Shown: positions 29,431 through 43,076 of the stretch, piece after piece
How the letters are laid out: each line of letters opens with the position of its first letter
Numbering within the stretch: the stretch's first letter is position 1
DNA from: the human T2T-CHM13v2.0 reference genome, Homo sapiens
Assembly: GCF_009914755.1 (NCBI RefSeq)
Contig: NC_060926.1
Length of the DNA: 64,000 nucleotides
Reading direction: 5' to 3' (one strand)
Position numbers and translations under genes: made by a program
The notes under the pieces: model-generated
Seen by the model: only the letters and a program-made list of their open reading frames with translations
Told to the model about the DNA's origin: nothing
Database searches by the model: none

Positions 29431-30164
29431 ATATGAGACTTCAGAGTCCTGACAAAATGCAGAATAAGCTCTGGGTACAGCCTTTTCCTCACTCAAACCT
29501 GAGGGAAGCACAGGAAGGGGAAGGATCAACACTGGGAGAAACCAGTGGTCTGAAAAGAAAACACAGTCTGGGGTGAGAGGAATAAACTAAGGAAGCTTTG
29601 ATTTTGACATCTTTTCTTTGCTCATTGCATCAGGTGGACGTCACTTCCCAGGGGTGGCTAACAGGTAGAGAAACCGCAGCACCTGCTTAGCCAGACAAAA
29701 GAAGTCTCCTTGATACAGAGAAGAGCCCTGAGCATATCTTCCTTCTTTCTTTCCTGTCCATCTTCGTGGGTCTTGGGGGGCACCCTTGGAAAAGACTAGT
29801 ATTAGCAAGGCAGTAAATAGGAAGTTTGGTGTCCTGTGCCAGAACAGTAAATTCCGTTGGTCTTCCAGGTATGTCTTACATGAGGGCTCTCGGAAGCTGC
29901 ATATGCCCCTTCCTTACTAACTTGCTTGGTGCATATTGCCAGCAGACACAGCTGAGAGACTAGGGAAATATGAATTCATGTGGAAAGTCATCTACCTTTT
30001 TATAAAAAACTTTGAGAAACTAAAAAGCTGTTATAAAACCTAATAGAATGAGTGTGACAGATACAGAATTTAATTAAATAGAATACATGTACTAAAATAG
30101 ATATGTGAGAATATTGGTAATATGAAATAGAACACACAGTTATACAGATGAGGCAAGCAAATAC

Positions 30165-30256
30165 ATATATATATATATATATATATACACATAATATATC
30201 TTTATCTATCTATGTAGCTATGTATCTATGTAGCTACGTATGTATCTATCTATATA
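30165..30256 (+). repeat. (TA)n/(CTAT)n microsatellite
   Basis: Seen directly. Confidence 0.85.
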
Positions 30257-30457
30257 GGCCATTGGGTAGAATTAAAGAGCTGAATGGCTAAAGCTGAAGA
30301 ATAAATGAATGACTGAACATGAGACCAGATCAGAGAATTCTTCAAGAAACATCAAGGAGGGATGTATAGATAGTTTTTTAAAAAACCGAAATGTAAAAGA
30401 AATACAAGAAGAATGGAAACATCTACATAACGAGAGTGGAAAGAAATGAAAATAGAG

Positions 30458-30515
30458 GTAGATAGATTAGATAGATAGATAGATTGATTGATGGATTGAT
30501 AGATTGATAGATATA
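30458..30515 (+). repeat. (GATA)n/(GATT)n tetranucleotide repeat
   Basis: tagatagattagatagatagatagattgattgatggattgatagat. Confidence 0.9.
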
Positions 30516-30540
30516 GAAATAAAAGAAAGAAAATAGAAGA

Positions 30541-30892
30541 TGCTATAGACAGAATGCATGTGACTCCTCCAAAATGTATATGTTGAAACCATAATTTCCA
30601 CTGTGGCTGTATCTAGAGACTGGGTCTCTATGGAAGTAATTAAAGTTAAGTAAGATCATAAGGATAGTGCCCTGATTTGATAGAAACTGTGTCCTTTTAG
30701 GAAGTCTCTGTCATGTGAAGACACAGTAAGAAGATGGTTATCGGCAAGCCAGGAAAAGAGACCTCAGCAGAAATCAACCCTGCCAGACTTTGATCTGTGA
30801 CTTCTAGCCTTCAGAACAGTCAGAAAATTTTATGTTTTTGAAGCCACCCAGTCTATGTTATTTTATTATGGCAGTAAAAGCTGACTAATATT
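30541..30892 (+). mobile_element. MLT1A-like MaLR solo LTR
   Basis: tgctatagacagaatg...atatgttgaaacc...catgtgaagacacag...gacttctagccttcagaac...agccacccagtctatg...gactaata. Confidence 0.85.
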
Positions 30893-32049
30893 GAGAAAAA
30901 GAAATACTTGAATTAAAAATGTTGGGTATTTTCAAGTTTAAAAAAACCTAAAGCACCTTAGTTTGAAATGGATTTCAGAATGTCAAAGAGTGATAAGAAA
31001 AAAGATTAACCCAGATATGTTATAGTGAAATCTAAGGTAGCTAAATACAAAATGAAAACTCTGGAATTCACCAGGAAAGGAAAACAAAACATCTCCATGA
31101 AGTTTTATAACCAGATTTAATTAGACATCATCAGCAATATTGGATGTATGAGAAAAATGTAATATTGTCTTCAATGTTAATATAATTTTGAGCCTGGAAT
31201 TGCCTATTCAATTAGAAAATCATTTAAATAAGAAGATGGAATAAATATATCTTCTGAAATTCAACACCTTTAATTGTTCCTAATACAAAGTCTCACTTTG
31301 AAAATGCATGGAGAGACTTCTACAGCAAAATGAAAATAAAGCCAAATGTATTATCTAAAAGAGCAAGAACCAAGAAAACATATATTAATAACAATGCATT
31401 GAAAGTCTAGCAGACATTTACTAATGTACTGAGGGGATAGAGAGCATGGCAGGAGAAAGCAGTGTATACTGAAGAGGAGAATATGTTAAAATGTATGGTA
31501 TGTTTTTTGTGGAAATATAAACTTTGATAAACATAACAAATCAATAGAGAGAAAATAAACACTGAAGACAAAAATATAATATGTAGTTTTTAAATAATCA
31601 GAATACATTTTTTTCTAGACAATGAAAGACAGGGAGGGGAAGGAAGAAACATGAAAATTCAAAAACTAGATGCAACAAACAAAATGACAGAGGTGAGTTC
31701 TGATGGTAAGAACAACTAAGTATGAATGGGATTAATCTTTCACTCAAAAGACAGTCACTATCATATTGTTTAAGAAAAACAGAATTCAGTATGCTAATGG
31801 GGCATTAACTGTCTTCAAAGAATACATTTTTTAAAATGGTACTGAAAATTTAAAGAGAAAAAATAAAACAGCTCCACAAATATAAAATAATTTGAATATT
31901 TTACAAAATGGAATACAATGAAAACATTATTTTATAATGATCAATAAATACATATTAATAAAATGCCACATATGTACTTAATAATATACCTTCAGAAAAT
32001 GAGAATTAACAGACTTTATGGGCAAATGAACTATTTAAGTATAGTATTA

Positions 32050-32638
<589 letters not shown>

Positions 32639-33019
32639 CTAAACTAGCCTTAGAAAAACTTCTATTTTATAGGTAATATGCATATATAATATACACATAT
32701 GTCTATAATATACATATATAGTTTTAAATATGAAATGCGTTTATCAGAGAACAAAAAAGTTTGAAAGTAAATGAGCTAAATAGTTTTGGTGGAGACTGGT
32801 AGTTCTCCAACCAAATATGTTCTTAGCTTCTTCCATAGCAACAGGGAAGTAGTTTGAGCTTGATTACTCACTGGTACTACAATTGCTTGTTCCTCTGGCA
32901 GAATGTGAGCCATTGTGCCAGATAAAGACCTGATAAAGACCTGAACCATCACACCTTCTATTTTCTATTTTCATTTTATTCTTCAGCGTTATTTTATTCT
33001 TCATTCCCATTTCCTGTTA

Positions 33020-34060
33020 AACTTACTCTAATCGTGCTTTTGAACCCACAACTACACCCAAACTGCTTTTGTTGTGATTACCTCAAGATTGATAAACACA
33101 GTGGTCAGTTTCAGTTGACATTTTAGTTGATCTATCAGTAGTTAGGTTTAGTTGACCACTCCTTCCTCCTGGATACTGATTCTTTATTTACATTCCATTC
33201 TATTGCTCCTCGCTCACTGGCCGGCACTATGAGCTTTAGACTCTCCAACTTGGGGAACTTCTAAAAAGTTGTATAAAGTCCATCTAAGAACTGTTCATTT
33301 GAAAGTTGCTTGAGGGTGGCCCCTTTTGGGTTCAGCACGCAGAAGTGCAAATCTGGTTCCCAAAACTATTTCAAACTATGAGAGTAGAGAATTCTCTGGG
33401 GCATTAAGTGTAAAATACATGGCAAAGTTGCACATGATCAAAGATGGTTGAAATATACAAAGAAATGGACACTAAAGAAGTAGCTGCAGTAAGAGGGAGG
33501 CAAAGCAGATTGAAATGCAGACAGTGGCTCAAAGGACTTACATGTTCAAGGCTTTCTCTCCCCAGTTTCCTCTCACACCTTATCTTGCCTTCCTCTCCTC
33601 CTTCCATCTTCCCTATATCCCTCACATGGTGGCTTCTCATGTAAAACAGCAAGCATTTCTGTGTTTTAGGTCTTTCGAAATGGCTGCTCTCTCTACCTCT
33701 AATGTTCTTTGCCTAGATATTTAGTTTTGTGTTTTTGCTCAAATTTATAGTTTAGTGAGGCTTATCCCTAGTATGCTCTTGAAATTGCTGTATATTCTGT
33801 CATCCAGCTTAACCTGTTCTTATTTTTCATAGCAATTATCCCCTTCTGATTGACCAAATAAAGTACTAATTTGCTACATTTACTGTTTATTATATGTCTC
33901 CTTTTACAAGAACACAAGCTCCACTGGTGTGGGATTCTGTCTACTGTGTTCATTGATGTATTTCATATGCTTTAGTATTTTCATTGATATAAATATAATG
34001 GCTAAATAGTGATTGCCACATAATAGGCACTCAGTAAATATCAGTTGAATTAATAAACAA
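33020..34060 (+). mobile_element. L2 fragments (RT region and 3' end)
   Basis: aaactgcttttgttgtgattacc...gttgaccactccttcctcctgga; terminal cacataataggcactcagtaaatatcagttgaat. Confidence 0.65.
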
Positions 34061-34129
34061 GGGGTAAAATATGAAGCATTCAGGAAATGATGTCAAGATG
34101 GTTAGTAATATGAAAAAATATACAGGAAA

Positions 34130-34696
34130 TAGTACTCTAATTTCATACCATTGCAAAAAGTTAATTCCCATTGTATTAAAAACAGATATAAAAAGCAAAA
34201 CTTTAAGATATTTGAAGATGATACAGGAAATTATCTTTAATACCCTGGGTTACATAAAAAAATGTTTAAACAAAACAAAAATTGCACTAACATAGAAAGG
34301 GAACTATAAAAATAGACTCCATTAAAATTTAAAAAATAAAATACAAACCACAAATAAGGAAAAATTTTTGCCACAAGTCCACCCTTAAACAGAATTAGCA
34401 TTCAGAGTATGAAAGTAATTGTTGTAAACCTATCAGAAAGAAAAAATAGTCCAATATAAAATACAGAAAGCTATAAATAGGAATTTCACAAGAGAAAATA
34501 CAGGAAAGCCCGTAAGTTCATTTAAAGATGCTAGATCAGACTCTGAGTCTTGGGAATGCAAATTAAAATCACAAATAGATATCATTTTAAATAGGAGTCT
34601 TATCCACAGAAGAATAAATGTGTAAAATAAAAGCCATCCTATAACAGATGTTGGCAAGGATGCAGAGCAGGGGAACTCCTGTGTGGTGTTAGTGAT
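34130..34696 (+). mobile_element. Old L1M ORF2 3' fragment
   Basis: gggaatgcaaattaaaatcaca; agatgttggcaaggatgcagagcaggggaactc. Confidence 0.7.
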
Positions 34697-34706
34697 GATG
34701 TATGTT

Positions 34707-35282
34707 TTATTACTATTATTATTACATTTTAAGTTCTGGGTTACATGTGCAGAATGTGCAGTTTTGTTACATAGGTATACACATGCCATGGTGGTTTGCT
34801 GCACCCATCATCCTGTCACCTACATTAGGTATTTCTCCTAATGTTTTTCCTCTCCTACCCCCCCACACTCCCCCCAAGCCCTGTTGTGTGATGTTCCCCT
34901 CCCTGTGTCCATGTGTTCTTATTGTTGAACTCCCACTTATGAGTGAGAACATGCAGTGTTTGGTTTTCTGATCTTGTGATAGTTTGCTGAGAATGATGGT
35001 TTCCAACTTCATCCACGTCCCTGCAAAGGGACTCATCCTTTTTTATGGCTGGATAGTATTCCATGGTGTATATGTGGCACATTTTCTTAATCCAATCTAT
35101 CACTGATGGACATTAGGGTTGGTTCCAAGTCTTTGCTATTGTGAATAGTGCCACAATAAACACACATGTACATGTGTCTTTATTGTAGAATGATTTATAA
35201 TCCTTTGGGTATATGCCTAGTAATGGGATTGCTAAAATTGACCACATAATTGGAAGTAAAACACTCCTCCTCAAATGTAAAA
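34707..35282 (-). mobile_element. Truncated L1PA (PA5-7-like) with a short inverted 5' fragment
   Basis: L1PA 3'UTR (ttaagttctgggttacatgtgcagaatgtgcag...), minus ORF2 end to ~35233, plus-strand EN-domain piece ~35232-35284; TSD gatgtatgtt at 34697-34706 and 35283-35292. Confidence 0.92.
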
Positions 35283-35859
35283 GATGTATGTTGTTACATG
35301 AAACTGACTTTTAGAAATACTCAGGTAACATCAGTAGATAAAAATGCAAGCTTCAGAGCAATAAGTATTGTGTAATAAATTTTTATTTGTAAAACAATCA
35401 TGAAAAGCAAACAGAAACAATTACAAAATTCATAAACTCAAAATTTCAGAAATTTAAATTTGATTAACATATTCTAAGCAGTTAATTTAAAAAATTGTAG
35501 TAAAAGTCACATAACGTAAGATCTACTACCCTAACTGTTTTTAAGTGTACAGTTCTGTATTAGATTTGGTTTGAAGCAGGGTACAGAAGAATTAATATTT
35601 TCTTTGTATCTTTGGTTCACTAGATGTAACACATTAGTTGATTCGTATGAAAATAAATGATATATAATACTTATAAAATAAAATTATTCAAAATACTTCA
35701 TTTGAATACTTTGACAAATTTAAATAGCAGCTTAATATATGAAGAAACAAATATATTCCTAAAGAAAATGCTCCCAAATTTGGTATGTTAACTACACAAA
35801 ATCAGCATATACACAAAAATAATGTATATTACATCCATTTACATTTTGATTAGTCTAAT

Positions 35860-37260
35860 AGTTATAATAAAAATATAAATAAAAGATCCAAACCATTTGA
35901 AAATTAGGATTTTTTTAAAAATAATTATTACACCATATCAGAAATCAAACTGGCAATTATAATATATTGAGATAATAATCATAATTAGAACACCTTTGTG
36001 ATGTGCCTCAGACTACTCCAAATGAATCCATATCTTAAAGCCTTTTTAATGTTAAGTAAGACAGACTTTAAAAAATAAATGAACATTTGTATGTATGACA
36101 GTAGCAAAAGAGTAATTACATCAAAAGAAAATAATTACTATAGGTGAAAGCAGGAATTAATATGTTAGAAAACAGCAAATAACATTAAAATTGATAAATA
36201 CATTCAATTAAACTTTGGAAATTGTTAAGAAAATAGACAAGCAGGAGCTAATATAAATAACTGAAAGAAAAGCTACAAAAAATGATGCAAAACTAGAAGC
36301 TAACAAATAATAAAATGACAACAGATGCAAGCAAATTAACATATTCAAAAGGAACTTATACATATATGTTAATACATTTTAGGATCTGTATAAAAATATC
36401 TATGTGAAAAATATAAGCTATTTATGTTAAGTGAAGAACAGGTGGAAATTCCAAAAGAAATATACCAATAAATATAAAGGAAAACATCAAATAATTAAAC
36501 TCCAAGAAGCCTTCATAACTGAATCTTGATAAGCTTTAAAATGAAGTTATTATTTATTTAGCATTTAGGAGTTCCCAAGCTTAGAGAACAAAGGTATTTT
36601 CATAATATTTTTCTGAAGCTTGAAAAACTTGGCATTAGCTTACAAAGATGTGAAAAGATAAGAAAAAAAATCACAGTAGTGTATTTGTTAATGGATGTTC
36701 AACAATTCTAAATAAACTAATAGAAAATAAACTCATTAATGTATTGAACTACAGTCATGCACTGCACAAGGATGTTTTGGTCACTGAGGGACTGCATATG
36801 TGTAGTCTCATAAAATTGTAATACTGTGTTTTTATTGTGCCTTCCCTAAGTTTGGATATACACATACCTACAATTGTGTTACTATTACTTACAGTATTCA
36901 GCACAGTAACATGCTTCAAAGGTTTGTAGTTTAGGAGCAGTAGGCTACACCATATAGCCTAGCTGTGTAGTCGATTATGCCACCTAGTTCTGTGTAAGCA
37001 CATTCTACGATGTTCACACAATGACAAAATCATCTAGCGACACTTTTGTCAGAATGTATTCTCACCATTAAGCAATGCATAACTGTAATATCCTGATCAG
37101 GTATTTTTCATGTTGAAATAAACAAATGGCTCAGTATTATAACATCTATCTATAACATTCATGGTGTCTTAAGAACAACAACAAAACAGAGAACAGATAT
37201 TTGATTGTCTTAAGACACACTGAAAAAAGCATACTAATATTCAATATCCAATTATTTTTT
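35860..37260 (+). mobile_element. Ancient L1M ORF2 remnants
   Basis: A-rich ORF2-like sequence, e.g. gattgtcttaagacacactgaaaaaagcat ~ MIISIDAEKAF; boundaries approximate. Confidence 0.6.
36752..37085 (+). mobile_element. Tigger3a/MER7A non-autonomous DNA transposon
   Basis: TIRs cagtcatgcactgc / gcaatgcataactg, flanked by TA on both sides; internal cagtattcagcacagtaacatgc...ggtttgtag. Confidence 0.88.
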
Positions 37261-37883
37261 AAGAGAATTTTCCTAGCTTTGGTGAGGTATAATTGAAAAA
37301 GTATATATATATATCGTGTAAAAATGTAATGTTTTGATATATGTATACTTTGTAAAATTATCATCATAGTCAAGCTAAATAACACATCAGTCACCTCACA
37401 TAGTTACCTGTTTTGAGTGAGAACACTTAAAACAAGAGAGTAAATTTACTCTCTTAGTAAATTTCAAGCATAAAATGTATACCTGATAAATTTACACCTG
37501 ATAAAAAGTATAATTAACTATAGTTGCCTTGCTGTACATTAGATTTTCAGAACTTATTTATCTGTGTAACTAAAACTTTGTACTCTTTGACCAGCATTCC
37601 TCTATTTCCCCACCTCCCAGGGCCTGACAACCACCATTCTCCTCTCTCTATCTATGAGATTGACTTTTTTAGATTCCATGTATAAATATGTATAAATATA
37701 AATGAGGTCATGCAGTATTCCTCTTTCTGTGTCTGGGTTAGTTCATTAGTATAATGTCCTCTAGGTTCATCCATATCGTCCAAAATAACAATTTTCTTCT
37801 CTGTTTTTGTTGTGTGTACACACACCTTGTTTTCTTCATCCATTCATTCATTGATAGGCACTTAGATTGTTTTGTCTTGGTTA

Positions 37884-38606
37884 TGAAACTGACTTTGCAA
37901 AAATTATAACTAAAGAAGTTATGACACTGAAAAAGATCAGACCTAACTGACTCCATCTTTCCTCTAGACCTTAAGCTGTCCTTGTTCATTCCTGGGCGTA
38001 GGTCAAACTAATCTTGGGAAGGAATTTAGTTTATAGTTTGACTCTGAAACAAAATCGTTAATATCCCTTTCCCGAAAAGACTGCCCTCTTTCCTGGGGAC
38101 CAGTCTGCCTTTGTAGGACTAACAAATTAGCTACAGGATTAGAAATTTGGAGTCTTGCAGCCTCTGGCTAAAAGAGTCTGAACCTCCCAAATTGTTGCTG
38201 GGGATAACATCACTATTGTAAAATCTAAGATTAATGCTTGAGGTATTTTGCAGACCCTGCACTCAATAGATCACCTGACACCACCCACCGGTAATGTGGC
38301 TCAACCAGTTCTGCAATCCCACCCAGGAAGAGGAGACAGCAAGAAAATGTCACTTCGAACCCTCTATGATTCCATCTCCAACCTGACCAGTGAGCAGTCC
38401 CCACTTTCTCAGCCCCAACCCGCCAAATTATCTTTAAAAATTCCAATTCCTGAATGCTGGGGGAAACTTATTTGAGTAACAATAAAACTCCGGTCTCCCA
38501 CACAGCCAGCTCTGTGTGAATTACTCTTTCTTCATTGCAATTCCCCTGTCTTGATAAATGGGCTCTGTATAGGCAGTGAGCAATGTGAACCCATTGGGTG
38601 GTTACA
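37884..38606 (+). mobile_element. LTR8-family (LTR8/LTR8A-like, ERV1) solo LTR
   Basis: tgaaactgactttgcaaaaattataact ... aataaaactccggtctccc ... cccattgggtggttaca; TG...CA termini; 4 bp TSD gtta. Confidence 0.9.
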
Positions 38607-38983
38607 GTTATCTTGAACGATGCTGTGATGGACATGGTAGTACTGATGTTATTTTGATATCCTGATTTTATTTCCTTTGGATATATACTCAGAAGTGAGA
38701 TTGCTGGACTGTATGGTACTTCTATTTTTAATTTGTTGAGAAACCTCCATCCTATTTTCCTTACTGGTCATAACCATTTACATTCCCACCAGCAGTGTAC
38801 GAGGGTTCCTTTTGTCCACATCCTCACCAGCACTTGATATCTTTTGCCCTTTTAACAATAGCCATTCTAAAAATGTTATCTCATTGTGATTTCAATTTGC
38901 AATTCCTTGATGATTAGAGATATTGAGCACTTTTTCATATACCTGTTGACCACTTGTATTGTTTCTTTTGAGAAATGTCTATT

Positions 38984-39343
38984 TGAGTAAGGTCTGAATG
39001 TTTGTGATCCCCACAAATTTATATGTTGAAATCCTCTTCCAAAATGTGATGTTAGTAAGAGATGGGCCTTTGGGAAACTAATTAGGTCGTGAAGTCAGAG
39101 CACTCAAGGATGCAATTAGTGATCTTATAAAAGAGGCCCCAGAGAGCTGCCTTGCCCTGACCACTATGTGAGAACACAGCTAAAAGGCACCACCTATGAA
39201 AAACCAGCCCTCACCAGACACGAAATCTGCTGGCACCTTGATCTTGGATTTCCCAGACACAAGAACTGTGAGAAATAAATTTCTGTTGTTTATAAGCCAC
39301 TCAGTTTATGGTATTTTGTTACAGCAGCCCTAACACTAAGTCA
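38984..39343 (+). mobile_element. MLT1A-like MaLR solo LTR
   Basis: ctgaatgtttgtg...atatgttgaaatcc...gaggccccagagagctgcc...gctggcaccttgatcttgga...aataaatttctgttgtttataagcca. Confidence 0.88.
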
Positions 39344-40113
39344 AAGTTTTTTGCCTATTTTTAAAATTGGATTGTTTTGCTATTGCTATTGAGTTATTTG
39401 AGTTTCTTATATATTTTGGAGATTAACCCTTTATCAGATCATGATTTGTTTTTTCTTTCTGTAGGTTGTACTTTCATTCTATTGACTATTTCCTTTGCTG
39501 CACAGAAGCCTTTTAGTTTGGTGCAATTTCATTTGTCTACTTTTTTCTTTTGTTGTCTGTGCTTACAGGGTCATATTCAAAACAAACAAAAGCCATCATT
39601 GCCAAGACAAGTACCAATAAGCTGTTTCTTTATATTTTCTTTTAATAGTTTTACAATTTCAGATCTTACATTTAAATTTTTAATCCATTTTGAGTTTAAG
39701 TTGATTTTTATGTGGGTTGAGGTAAAGGTCCAACTTCATTATTCTGCAGATGGATATCCAATTTTTCCAACATCATATATTGAAGAGACTCTCCTTTCCC
39801 ATTGTATGTTTTTGGCAGCATTGTCAAAGATCAGTTGACTGCAAACATATAGATTTCTTTCTGGGGTCTCTATTCTATTTCATAGTTCTGTGTTTGTTTT
39901 TATGCCAGTACCATTCTGTCTTGTTTACTAAACCTTTTAATATATTTTGAAATTAGGGAATGTGATGTCCCCAGCTTTGGTCTTCTTGCTCAGGATTGCT
40001 TTGACTATTCTGGATCTTTTGTGGTCCTGTATGAATTTTAGAAATTTTTTCTATTTCTGTGAAAGATGTCATTGGATTTCTGATATGAATTGCACTGAAC
40101 TGGAAGATTGCTT

Positions 40114-40361
40114 TGGAGTGCAGTGGTGTGAGTCGAGATCAACTTCGCCTCCTGGGTTCAAGCAATTCTCCTGTCTCAGCTCCCCCGAACAACTGGGATT
40201 ACAGGCGTGCACCACCATACCTGGCTAATTTTTGTATTTTTAGTAGAGACAGGGTTTCATCATGTTGGTCAGGCTGGTCTTGAGCCCCTGACCTCAGGAG
40301 ATCCCCCCACCTCGGCCTCCCAAAGTATTGGGATTACAGGCATGAGCCACTGCACCCAGCC
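40114..40361 (-). mobile_element. AluS lacking its 3' end and A-tail
   Basis: Starts abruptly at ggagtgcagtgg with no poly-T; ends gagccactgcacccagcc. Confidence 0.9.
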
Positions 40362-41495
40362 TGAATTCTACCAAACATTTAAAGGAGAATTAATGGCAAT
40401 TCTTCTCATACTCTTCAAAAAAATTCAAAAAGAGGAAACACTTCCAAACTCATTTTACAAAGACAACACTACACTAATTCTAAAGCTGGATAAAGATGCT
40501 ATACAAAACGAAAATTACAGGCCTGTATCTGTAATAAACATAGATGCAAAAATCCTCAACAACATAATGGCAAACCAAATTGAACAACATATTAAATGGA
40601 TCATACACCAGGACCAAGGATTTATCCCTGGGATGTTAGAATGGTTTAACATACACAAATCAATAAATGTGATATACCACATTAAGAGAAAAAAGAATAA
40701 AAATCATATGATAATCCCAATACATGAAGAAAAAGCATTTTACGAAATACAGAATTCTTTCATAATGAAAACTCTCAACAAATTAGGTATAAAAGCAACA
40801 GTACCTCAACATAATAAAGATTATATGTAACACACCCACCGCTAATATCATACTCAACCATGAAAATAATGGGTTTTCTCTAAGATTGTGAACAAGACAA
40901 AGATGGCCACTTTTTACTTTTTCTATTCAACATAGTACTGAAAGTCCTATACAGAGCAATTAGGCAAGAAAAAGAAATAAAACACATCTAAGTTGGAAAG
41001 AAATAGCAAAATTTTATGCTTACAGATGACATGATCTTAAATTGTTGGCCCTCCCTCTTTATTGGCAGGTGCTGCATACTCAGATTCAAACAACCATGAG
41101 TTTAAAATATTTTGGGGTAAAGTTACTACAACAATAAAAAATAATACAAATAAAACAATATCATATAACAACTATTTACATATCATTTACATTTTATTAG
41201 GTATTATAAGTAATCCAGAGATGATTTAAATATGTGACAGGATGTGCGTTAGTTATATGCAAATTCTACACCATTTTATATAAGGGATGTAGGCATCCAT
41301 GGATTTTTACATTTATGGAGTGATACTAAAATCAATCCCTCAAAAATACTAGGGATGACCGTATATTAAGAAAATCCCTAAAACCTCCATTAAAAGGCAC
41401 TTAGAACTAATAAACAAATTCAATAAAATTGCAGGATGCAAAATCAAAATTCAGTGCTATTTTTAATATGCACTCAGCAAACTGGTAAAAAGTTC
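40362..41495 (+). mobile_element. L1 ORF2 reverse-transcriptase segment (probable inverted part of the L1MA9)
   Basis: Translates [10 protein letters not shown]...[17 protein letters not shown]...DQGFIPGM; acagatgacatgatc (DDMI motif) lies next to the MER2 insertion. Confidence 0.9.
41042..41361 (-). mobile_element. MER2 (Tigger2-derived) DNA transposon
   Basis: tattaggtattataagtaatccagagatgatttaaa...gttatatgcaaattctacaccattttatataaggga...gggatgaccg-TA. Confidence 0.88.
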
Positions 41496-41869
41496 TATGA
41501 GACATAATAAAATAATAAGAAATATAATTAAGAGTGAAAATAATATAAAAATGCTTGCCAAATTGCTTATACAAAAAATAAACTAGCATATATACACATA
41601 CATATATATACATATATATGCAAGGAAAATGCAATATTAATATTTTTAAAAATTACTTTATTGAAACATGCAGAAAATCAAATGGATAGCTTATAAAAAT
41701 TATGACTCCCAAAAGAAGGTCAGTTTCAAATCAAAAGAACATCAGTAATTCAATTTTTAATATTCTTAAGAACTAAGAGACAAAAAGTAATGGTATAAAT
41801 ATGGTATTTTTATAGCAACTAAATTATAAAATGTTTGTTTTTAAATCCTTAAAAACATGGAAGACTAAT

Positions 41870-43070
41870 GGAGGCTTACGTTTATTTGAATTTTTCTCTG
41901 GGGTTATTCCCTAGAACATGTAGCAAGCCCTTATCTGGGGCTGCTAGAGAAGCTACAAATTAAGGAATGGAATTCCAGAAGAGGAAGAAGACCTGAAATT
42001 TGTATATAAACTAATCTTATATCTATGCGTGATTCGTGAGCTGTGTACATGCATGAGAAAGACAGGAGAGAACCAACAGAAAGATAGAAAGTAGTGGCTG
42101 AAAAACTAATATATATACACAGAGGCTTCACCTGTCATTGAATGAGAAACATAACCTACAGTTTTAATCTCCCTGGGCATCCCTTTGAAACACAATAAAA
42201 GCAATACTTAATGAGTGAACAATATGTCCTATGCCTAAGGATTCTTGCCAAAACAGAAGACAAAACTTAAATGTAGCTGTGCTAACATCATATGAAACCA
42301 AGGATATAGAAGTTCAAGTTTTTCAGCCAACAACTTATTTTTCTATTTAAACAAAACCCATTATTACTCAGACAATAATAAAAAGCAGAGACTTTATAAT
42401 ATAAAATTATAATGTTCAGCATACAATCAAAAATTAATATACATGAGAAAACATATAAAAATATAAGCCATAGTTAAGAGATTTTTAAGTCTGTCATTAG
42501 AAATGGATTCAAAATTAACACAGATGTTTGAATTATCAGACATTCACATTGAAGAACCTATTATAAATATGCTGAGTAACATTTTAAAAGATGGCATAAT
42601 GAATGAACAGACGGTAAATAGCAGCATAGTAATGCAAATAATAAAAAATAGACCAACTTTGAATTCCAAAATTAAAAAGTAAAAGTATCCGAAATAAAAA
42701 TGTAAGTTTTGGTGTAACAGCAAACAGAAGATGGCAGAAAAAAGCCATAAGGAAACTTAAAGATGAGACATGAGACATGATGCAATTTGCATCACAGAGA
42801 GAAATAAGATGGAAAAACAAAGTAACAGAACCACAGTTACCTGTAGAACAGTCTGAAGTAGTCTAACATACATGTAAACAAAGTTCCAAAATGAAAAAAA
42901 AGGTACAAAAGGGAGTAAAACATATACTTGAAAAAAAATCCAAAATTGTCCAATTTTATGAATTCAACAATGTATACATGAAGAATTTCAGCAAACCCTG
43001 AGCAGGATAAACCCCAAAACGACCAATTTTAGAGATATCAGATTCAAGATGCTGACAGGGAGATATAAGA
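41870..43070 (+). mobile_element. Old L1M 5'/ORF1 fragment
   Basis: ORF1-like acacagatgtttgaattatcagac..., gtctaacatacatgtaa, tcagcaaaccctgagcaggataaa. Confidence 0.6.
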
Positions 43071-43076
43071 CAATGC

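Larger units (their letters stand above)
37265..40115 (-). mobile_element. L1MA8/9-like 3' portion (hosts LTR8 and MLT1A)
   Basis: L1MA9-type 3' end (gtcaagctaaataacacatcagtcacctcacatagttacc), then antisense ORF2 up to gattgctttgg. Confidence 0.85.

Noticed and set aside
39377-39838. 153 aa hydrophobic ORF that looks like a membrane protein
   Set aside because: It is the T-rich antisense strand of L1 ORF2; the same applies to ORFs at 7629, 8004 and 9364.
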